In this document: positions 58,453-64,000 of the stretch, one piece after another
Layout: the number at the start of each line of letters is the position of its first letter
Position numbering within the stretch: the stretch's first letter is position 1
NCBI GenBank assembly: GCA_035527515.1
Contig: DATLAJ010000146.1
Coordinates: 65,189 to 129,188, forward strand
Reading direction: 5' to 3'
Length of the DNA: 64,000 nt
Source of the DNA: a bacterium
GTDB taxonomy: Bacteria; B130-G9
Position numbers and translations under genes: made by a program
Notes under the pieces: model-generated
The model's input: only the letters and a program-made list of their open reading frames with translations
What the model was told of the DNA's origin: nothing
The model's database searches: none

Positions 58453-59334
58453 CTACCCACCATACGCAATCGACCGCGCTGCCTCGACCGTGTTCTCAAG
58501 GAGCATGCAGACTGTCATCGGGCCAACGCCGCCGGGCACGGGTGTGATGTACGACGCAATTTCTGAGACTGATGCGAAATCAACGTCGCCAACCAACCGG
58601 CGGCCCGTCTTCGAGTCCTCGCACGGCACTACATTGGTCCCCGCGTCGATCACGACAACGCCGTCTGCGAAATAGGTGGCATCGAGCATTTGAGCTCGGC
58701 CAATCGCCACCGCGACGATCTCCGCGCGTTTTGTTACTTGCCTCAAGTTGCGCGTCCGAGTGTGCGCGATCGTAACCGTCGCATTCCTGCTCCTGCTGGA
58801 AAGCATGACCGCAAGCGGCCTACCGACGAGCTCGCTTCTGCCGACGACGACGGCGTTTTTGCCCTCAGTAGCAATGCCATACTCATCGAGCAGCCTGATC
58901 ATCCCTTTGGGCGTGCATGGGGCGAGGCAGGGCTTGCCTCGATACAAGAGGCCCTGATTGAGCGTCGTAAGGCCGTCCACATCCTTCCCGGGAGCTATCC
59001 AATCGATTACCTCGTGCGCATCAAGATGCTCCGGAAGCGGCAGCTGGACGAGCACCCCGTGCACCTTCTCGCTCCGGTTGAGCTCGCCGATCGTCTCGTG
59101 CAGCTCATCCCTTGTTACCGTGGTTGCGAACTTGTGCAGCTCGAAATGAAGACCAATCTGCGTGGAGCGTTTCCGTTTCATCCGCACATAAGTGGCTGAG
59201 GCAGGATGTTCACCAACAAGGACGGCAGCAAGGCCAGGTCGCACGCCGCGTTCCTCCCACAGCGCTTCCACTTGCTCCGCGAGTCTCTGTTCGATTCTCG
59301 CGGCAGTTCTCTTTCCATCCAGTATCGTAGCCAT
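58453..59334 (-). CDS. folD: Bifunctional methylenetetrahydrofolate dehydrogenase/cyclohydrolase.
   Basis: MATILDGKRTAARIEQRLAEQVEALWEERGVRPGLAAVLVGEHPASATYVRMKRK; downstream GRPLAVMLSSRSRNATVTIAHTRT. Start at MATIL, not the track extension to 59412. Confidence 0.85.
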   Translation of the reverse strand: MATILDGKRTAARIEQRLAEQVEALWEERGVRPGLAAVLVGEHPASATYVRMKRKRSTQIGLHFELHKFATTVTRDELHETIGELNRSEKVHGVLVQLPLPEHLDAHEVIDWIAPGKDVDGLTTLNQGLLYRGKPCLAPCTPKGMIRLLDEYGIATEGKNAVVVGRSELVGRPLAVMLSSRSRNATVTIAHTRTRNLRQVTKRAEIVAVAIGRAQMLDATYFADGVVVIDAGTNVVPCEDSKTGRRLVGDVDFASVSEIASYITPVPGGVGPMTVCMLLENTVEAARSIAYGG

Positions 59335-59449
59335 GTCTATCCCTTTCCTGCTGTCAATGAGAGCAATCGAGACGACTATAATGTCGAAAACTGAGATTTG
59401 AAAGGGCAGCATGAAAAAGGCTAACCGGCGCCTTTGTGCCGATCATCCC

Positions 59450-59535
59450 AGGCGCCGTAGCACCCAACGGGTGCAACCCACGAACCAACCGCGGTCCAAA
59501 TCATCGCCTGTTAGGAGCCGCTAAACATGTTCATC
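59450..59535. repeat. About 90-bp dispersed repeat, family 3, copy 1, upstream (5') of folD on the minus strand.
   Basis: GCGCCGTAGCACCCAACGGGTGCAACCCACGAACCAACCGCGGTCCAAATCATCGCCTGTTAGGAGCCGCTAAACATGTTCATC. Second copy at 62041-62140 carries compensatory hairpin-loop differences (GGGUUGCACCC vs GGGUUCCACCC). Confidence 0.65.
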
Positions 59536-59713
59536 CTAGGAACTCTCCTGTCTATAAGCTGATTTTTAGATTGTGTTATTGACAAAAGACAAGGGTTGGA
59601 TGTAATGTGCGGAGTAATCTATCGATACATAGGGTTGAGAACATAACGATGTGCAAACAAGTTTGCATGCGCTATTAAGGCAAAACGATGAACAATACAG
59701 GAGGTTGAAGAGA

Positions 59714-60133
59714 ATGATTCGCACATGGATAATTACAGTTATAGTTGTTGGTTCTGTGTTGACAGTTTTTTCAGGCTGCAGTGCGACCAGGCAGGCCTCA
59801 AGCACACAAGAAGGATTACAGGGCGATCGACTAACTCTCGGAACAGTTCAAAAAGTCATCAAGAAAGGTATGTCAGGAGCTCAAGTTATTGAGGCTTTGG
59901 GCTCGCCTAATATCGTTTCTACAGATGAACAAGGTCGCGAAGTGTGGATATACGACAAAATAGCAACCGATAAGGTCTATTCTGAAGGTTCGGGAGGCGC
60001 GACCTTGGTATTGATATGGGGTGGACAAAGTGCAGGCTCATCTTCAACAAGTCAGCGAACATTAACCGTTATCATCAAGTTTGACCATGATAAAAAGGTC
60101 CGTGATTTCGCATACCATGCGTCAAGGTTTTAG
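59714..60133 (+). CDS. Lipoprotein (low-GC trio, gene 1).
   Basis: MIRTWIITVIVVGSVLTVFSGC lipobox, preceded by CAGGAGGT SD. AT-richer codon usage. Confidence 0.6.
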   Translation: MIRTWIITVIVVGSVLTVFSGCSATRQASSTQEGLQGDRLTLGTVQKVIKKGMSGAQVIEALGSPNIVSTDEQGREVWIYDKIATDKVYSEGSGGATLVLIWGGQSAGSSSTSQRTLTVIIKFDHDKKVRDFAYHASRF

Positions 60134-60146
60134 CAGCCGAAACATC

Positions 60147-60674
60147 ATGAAAGCAATCTTCCCTATGCTCCTCATTTGCATTGTGCTTATGGCTGGGTGT
60201 CAGACCATCCCCCGAGATGTCTTATCGCTGAGCCCAGAAGCTCTGGGCCAGCGCCAAATGCAAACTAGACAATATGAAACGAAAGACGAGGCGAAGATTC
60301 TCCGAGCATGCGCGGCTCATCTTCAGGACATGGGCTTCAATATAGATGAGAGCGAGACAGAACTGGGTCTTATTTCTGCTTCCAAAATGCGGAGCGCCGT
60401 AAACGCTGGTCAGCTAGTTGGAGCGGTTATCGTTGCCGCCCTTTTGGGCTCTATGCCGGCTACTGACGAAAAGCAAAAGATGCGTGCTTCGATCGTCACG
60501 CGCCCTGCAGGAGAGCACGGTGAATATATAGTTGTGAGAGTAACCTTCCAGAGGATCGTATGGAATACGCAGGGTCAAGTGAGCCGGTCAGAGAGCTTAA
60601 CGGATCCTAAAATATATCAGGAGTTCTTTGATAAGCTGTCTAAATCTATCTTTCTGCAGGCACAAGAAATATGA
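60147..60674 (+). CDS. Lipoprotein (low-GC trio, gene 2; paralog of gene 3).
   Basis: MKAIFPMLLICIVLMAGCQ lipobox; ...LQDMGFNIDESETELG...YQEFFDKLSKSIFL is shared with gene 3. Confidence 0.6.
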   Translation: MKAIFPMLLICIVLMAGCQTIPRDVLSLSPEALGQRQMQTRQYETKDEAKILRACAAHLQDMGFNIDESETELGLISASKMRSAVNAGQLVGAVIVAALLGSMPATDEKQKMRASIVTRPAGEHGEYIVVRVTFQRIVWNTQGQVSRSESLTDPKIYQEFFDKLSKSIFLQAQEI

Positions 60675-61090
60675 AAAATACGCTCCTTTCAATATTGATA
60701 CTATTCTCCTTGCTTATCGCAGGTTGTGCCACTACGCAGCAACGTCTTCTCGATTCTAATTCCAGTCAAGTGCAATTGAGGAGTATTCAAACACGGGTTT
60801 TTGATGCAACAGATATAGAAAAAACTCTGAGAACAATTATGGCCACTCTTCAAGATTTGGGCTTCGTGATCGATAAGGCAGATGCAGAGCTTGGAACAGT
60901 CACCGCCACAAAGCTAAAATACTATGCATTACGTATGACAGTTACAGTCAGAAGAAGGGGACAGACACAGCTGTTGGTTCGGGCTAATGCACAATACAAT
61001 CTGCGGCCCATTACCGAGCCCCGGCCATATCAGCAATTTTTCGCCGCTCTTGAGAAAGCCATGTTTCTAACCGCCCATCACGTTGACTAA
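60671..61090 (+). CDS. Lipoprotein (low-GC trio, gene 3).
   Basis: MKNTLLSILILFSLLIAGCA lipobox; ATGA start/stop overlap with gene 2; ...LQDLGFVIDKADAELG...YQQFFAALEKAMFL. Confidence 0.6.
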   Translation: MKNTLLSILILFSLLIAGCATTQQRLLDSNSSQVQLRSIQTRVFDATDIEKTLRTIMATLQDLGFVIDKADAELGTVTATKLKYYALRMTVTVRRRGQTQLLVRANAQYNLRPITEPRPYQQFFAALEKAMFLTAHHVD

Positions 61091-61108
61091 AGACAGATAA
61101 AAACACGG

Positions 61109-61858
61109 TCAAAACGGTGGCTTTCTAGCACCGCTTTCGAGAGTGGTTACGGTGTGACAAGCAACCATGGGCACTGGGCCAAAGCATAGCCCATGATAGG
61201 CACGTCCATACGCGAACGTCCCGCGATCTTTGCCATCTTTCTTAATGTTGTCCCTCTGGCCGTTGATAGACTTCCGGAATTCCGGCGGCGCAAGCCCACG
61301 AGCTGAGCTCGCGGCGAACGCAAAGTCTCGCATGAAGAAGTGGACTAGACTGACACCGCGATTCGCGAGCAGTTCCGACAGTTGCCTCTCGATTGCGGCC
61401 TTCTGTTCGGTCCGCCAGGATGCTTCGAGAAAACCGTCCGTGTTCGTCTCCTGAAAAAAGCGGCGCATAACACTTTTGATGTCGTTCAGCATTGCTCGCT
61501 GGACGTATTGCTCGCCATCATTCAGAGCATAGTTTAGGGCAAGCTGCGTTGGCTCTACCCGAAATGTGGTCGTGGCGTCCACATAGACTCTGAGGTTGTC
61601 CCTGAGGTTGACCTCAACGTGCTCTACGTCCACCTTCCGCACCCTGGTGCTTACCAGATCGACCTGATGCACAATCGGGACCGCAAAACGCACTCCGGGC
61701 ATCAGCAGTTTGGGTTTCGCCCGCCCAGCCCCCGACCCAGCAAGCTGCGGCCGCCGAATGCCGACGAACCCGCATGGCACTTTAGTTAAGGCGACTACCC
61801 TGAAAAGCACAAGGAGCACCACAATAAGAACCGCCACAAGAAAAAGCTTCCGCACCAT
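61109..61858 (-). CDS. Membrane-anchored hypothetical protein with an SPFH/band-7-like N-terminal region.
   Basis: TM MVRKLFLVAVLIVVLLVLF, then PCGFVGIRRPQLAGSG...KLLMPGVRFAVPIVHQVDLVSTRVRKVDV...NLRDNLRVYVDATTTFRV, an SPFH-like pattern. The C-terminal half is unrecognised. Confidence 0.4.
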   Translation of the reverse strand: MVRKLFLVAVLIVVLLVLFRVVALTKVPCGFVGIRRPQLAGSGAGRAKPKLLMPGVRFAVPIVHQVDLVSTRVRKVDVEHVEVNLRDNLRVYVDATTTFRVEPTQLALNYALNDGEQYVQRAMLNDIKSVMRRFFQETNTDGFLEASWRTEQKAAIERQLSELLANRGVSLVHFFMRDFAFAASSARGLAPPEFRKSINGQRDNIKKDGKDRGTFAYGRAYHGLCFGPVPMVACHTVTTLESGARKPPF

Positions 61859-62040
61859 GTCTGTCCCTCCTTAGTTTCGTTAATTCAACGATAAACCTAT
61901 CACAGCCGCCGTCTCCTGTGCAAGCTCGAGGGCCGTCCTGCGGCGTGAAGCTGAGGGCGTCGAGCGAGGCTGGGAGCATCAGTGTTGGGCGGTCCTCAGT
62001 AATCAGATTGAGCCAAGCCAGCTGTGGCCATTTGGAGTGC

Positions 62041-62140
62041 GGCGCCGAGCGACCGCATTCCAAAGCACCAAACGGGTGGAACCCACGAGCCAACCGCGGT
62101 CCCAATCATCGCCTGTTGGGAGCCGCTAAACATGTTCATC
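62041..62140. repeat. About 90-bp dispersed repeat, family 3, copy 2, upstream of the 61109..61858 gene.
   Basis: GGCGCCGAGCGACCGCATTCCAAAGCACCAAACGGGTGGAACCCACGAGCCAACCGCGGTCCCAATCATCGCCTGTTGGGAGCCGCTAAACATGTTCATC. Preceded at 62001-62018 by AATCAGATTGAGCCAAGC, which also occurs at 3544-3561. Confidence 0.65.
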
Positions 62141-62231
62141 TTATGAAGTCCCCTGCCCTTAATTTGATTTTGGGGCCTCGTCTCCTGTTGAAAGTCGCAA
62201 GACGAGGCGTTACCATTACGTCAAGGAGGGC

Positions 62232-62472
62232 CATGATACTGAATGCGGATCTAAAGGCGCACATGAGCCGCTTTTATGACGATGACTACGGCCAGACTGG
62301 TTACGGCATAGCGTTCTGGATTATGGGTGAGCAGATGCTGACTGCCTGGAATTTGGCTAGCCAACGGATCGAGGGGCCGGATGGAGGGACATGTGCCGAT
62401 TTGGGCGTATTCTACAATGGGAAATGGCTCTTGCCCCGAGGCAACGATCAGGGGCCCGGTTGGTGCAACTGA
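62232..62472 (+). CDS. Hypothetical small protein.
   Basis: MILNADLKAHMSRFYDDDYGQTGYGIAFWIMGEQMLTAWNLASQRIEGPDGGTCADLGVFYNGKWLLPRGNDQGPGWCN. AAGGAGGG immediately upstream. No family recognised. Confidence 0.25.
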
Positions 62473-62579
62473 GGAGGTCGCTTGATGTAGTTCATCTGCG
62501 ACACCGGGAGGAATAGGCTCAGGACCGCCGTGTGGGCTGGGTTCGCGCCTAGGGTTTTAGAATCGAAAGGGAGGGCGTT

Positions 62580-64000
62580 ATGTGGGAAAACAGTGTCTTG
62601 TGTGAAGATTGCGGAAGCAAAGAGGAGAGTAGGCCTTGGACGGGGAGGGCCGGCAAGCTCAATCTAGTCGGCACGATATGGGTGGTGGTGTGCTTTCTGC
62701 TGGGCAGTGGGTCGGTTTTCGCCGTTGAATTCGCAGGCCCGCTTGTGATAAACTACACATCCGGAACATACCAGAACCGCCTCGCGGTCCAGGGCGATTG
62801 TGTATGGATCGCCACAGAGGGTGGTCTTGTCTTGATCAAGGGAAACACAGGTCAGAGGCTGAAGTTCACGCCGGCTGACTGGCGCGGTGCGCCCGGCGCT
62901 GGCTCCGTAGTGGTTGACATAAGCGGCGGCGTCTGGGGCTGTCCGTCACATCAACACGGGTACTTTGACCCTGGTCTCTTCCAGTTCGATGGCCTGGCAT
63001 GGGAATGGAACGAGCGGCCGCTTGAGGGTGCTATGTACCGGGGCCTAGTCGCAGCTCACCTGGCGAGCGACGAGCTCGGGAACGTGTGGGTCCCTCTTTA
63101 CGATCGCATGATTAGGTTTCATGGATCCAATTGGTATTCCTGGGACATGGCCGCTCCTTCCTGGTGGGCTGTCTTCGATTGTGTGGCGGCGAGAGGCGGC
63201 AAGGCCTGGGCGCCATCGGGAGGCGGCTCCAGGCTCTTCGTATTCGAAGACGATGATTTGTCCTGGATGACGCTTAATGAATCGATCTACGATATTGCCG
63301 CAGACATAACAAACGGTGTTTGGCTGGCCTTGCCAGGACTGCTTCTTCACTTTGACGAAGGCCATTTCCGAGGCTTCGAGCTTCCCCCCGAAACCGGGCT
63401 AAGCGATAGGGGATTCGATGTTCGCGTGGACGATCGGAATACTAAATGGTGTATAAAAAGCGTAGGTTATGAATTGTGGGTCGCGTCTCTGTCCCAGGAC
63501 GAGACCTGGGCAGCTTACGGCGAGTTCACGGTCCCCGTGCAGTATGTGCAAGACGTTAGGTTTGGTGAGGACGGCGAGGCGTGGTTGATGCCGTCCAGAA
63601 CCATAACGTACTGGAATGATCCCCTCGGGATCGATGCACCTCTACTCGAGCCGTCGCTTCTGCGCTATGGTGCGGGAGGGCTCCAAACCTTCTGGCCTTC
63701 TGACCCGTTGCCCGCGAGTTCTGTATCGGACCTTTGTATTGACTCACGAGGGACCGTGTGGGTTGCTGGGCTTTGGGAGGATTATACTCGAGAGGATCCT
63801 TATGCGTCCTATCTGTGTCGGTGGGACGGCGTCGAGCATGAAATCTTCTGGCCGTGGCATCGCGAGCTCCCCAACTTGATCAACTGCGTGACGCCCGGAC
63901 CGGACGGCGATGTTTGGTTCGGGACGGACGAGGGTCTTTATGTATTTGACGGGGAGGAGTGGCGCCAGGTTAACGATGCTTCGATAACGAAGGTCAAGAT
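62580..64000 (+). CDS. Membrane/secreted protein with two-component-regulator-propeller (Reg_prop-like) repeats. Partial: it runs off the window end.
   Basis: Open frame from ATG 62580 to the window end with no stop, absent from the track for that reason. N-terminal TM LVGTIWVVVCFLLGSGSVFAV. Repeated WxGT..GL..FDG..W blades such as CVWIATEGGLVLIKGNTG, GNVWVPLYDRMIRFHGSNW, GTVWVAGLWEDY, GDVWFGTDEGLYVFDGEEWRQV. Confidence 0.6.
   Translation, partial: MWENSVLCEDCGSKEESRPWTGRAGKLNLVGTIWVVVCFLLGSGSVFAVEFAGPLVINYTSGTYQNRLAVQGDCVWIATEGGLVLIKGNTGQRLKFTPADWRGAPGAGSVVVDISGGVWGCPSHQHGYFDPGLFQFDGLAWEWNERPLEGAMYRGLVAAHLASDELGNVWVPLYDRMIRFHGSNWYSWDMAAPSWWAVFDCVAARGGKAWAPSGGGSRLFVFEDDDLSWMTLNESIYDIAADITNGVWLALPGLLLHFDEGHFRGFELPPETGLSDRGFDVRVDDRNTKWCIKSVGYELWVASLSQDETWAAYGEFTVPVQYVQDVRFGEDGEAWLMPSRTITYWNDPLGIDAPLLEPSLLRYGAGGLQTFWPSDPLPASSVSDLCIDSRGTVWVAGLWEDYTREDPYASYLCRWDGVEHEIFWPWHRELPNLINCVTPGPDGDVWFGTDEGLYVFDGEEWRQVNDASITKVK

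Noticed and set aside
61782-62105. Track ORF 61782..62105(-) 107 aa, and 61918..62472(+) 184 aa long form.
   Set aside because: The minus ORF lies across repeat family 3 copy 2 and the equivalent frame is closed in copy 1. The long plus-strand form has a Pro/Arg/Gly-rich N-terminus over the repeat. Only the short C-terminal part (62232-62472) was kept, at low confidence.

Overview
This is a ~64 kb window of high-GC bacterial chromosome, visibly around 60% GC except for a few AT-richer islands, and densely coding on both strands. The organism appears to be a diderm with anaerobe-like metabolism. Evidence for that is an LpxL-family lipid A acyltransferase, an outer-membrane β-barrel with a C-terminal Phe, an EtfAB pair in which EtfA carries an N-terminal 2x[4Fe-4S] ferredoxin domain, an archaeal-type cofactor-independent phosphoglycerate mutase, a B12-binding radical SAM enzyme and a DUF362 Fe-S protein. 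Housekeeping genes recognised are thiC, thiD, rpmE, prfA, ftsY, ribD, galT, trxB, guaA, dnaN, an HU-family gene, folD, hflK/hflC and a MiaB-family methylthiotransferase. An accessory layer is interleaved with them. It comprises three paralogous secreted right-handed β-helix proteins, two of which share an almost identical ~120-150 bp upstream leader, and a 2494-aa secreted repeat protein. It also holds three GT2 glycosyltransferases, one carrying an internal heptanucleotide repeat tract, and a ~2 kb low-GC Type II restriction-modification cassette bounded by 124-bp direct repeats. A frameshifted PD-(D/E)XK GxxExxY gene flanked by 19-bp inverted repeats, a low-GC trio of lipoproteins and a TlpA/small-lipoprotein/OMP envelope module complete it. 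At least three dispersed palindromic repeat families occupy the intergenic regions. A 630-bp gene-free interval carrying UUCG and GNRA tetraloop hairpins may be an unrecognised structured RNA. No CRISPR array, rRNA or tRNA was recognised. Many ORFs in the supplied track are antisense artefacts of high-GC coding DNA and were rejected. All similarity statements come from reading the translations against remembered family signatures, and no searches were run.
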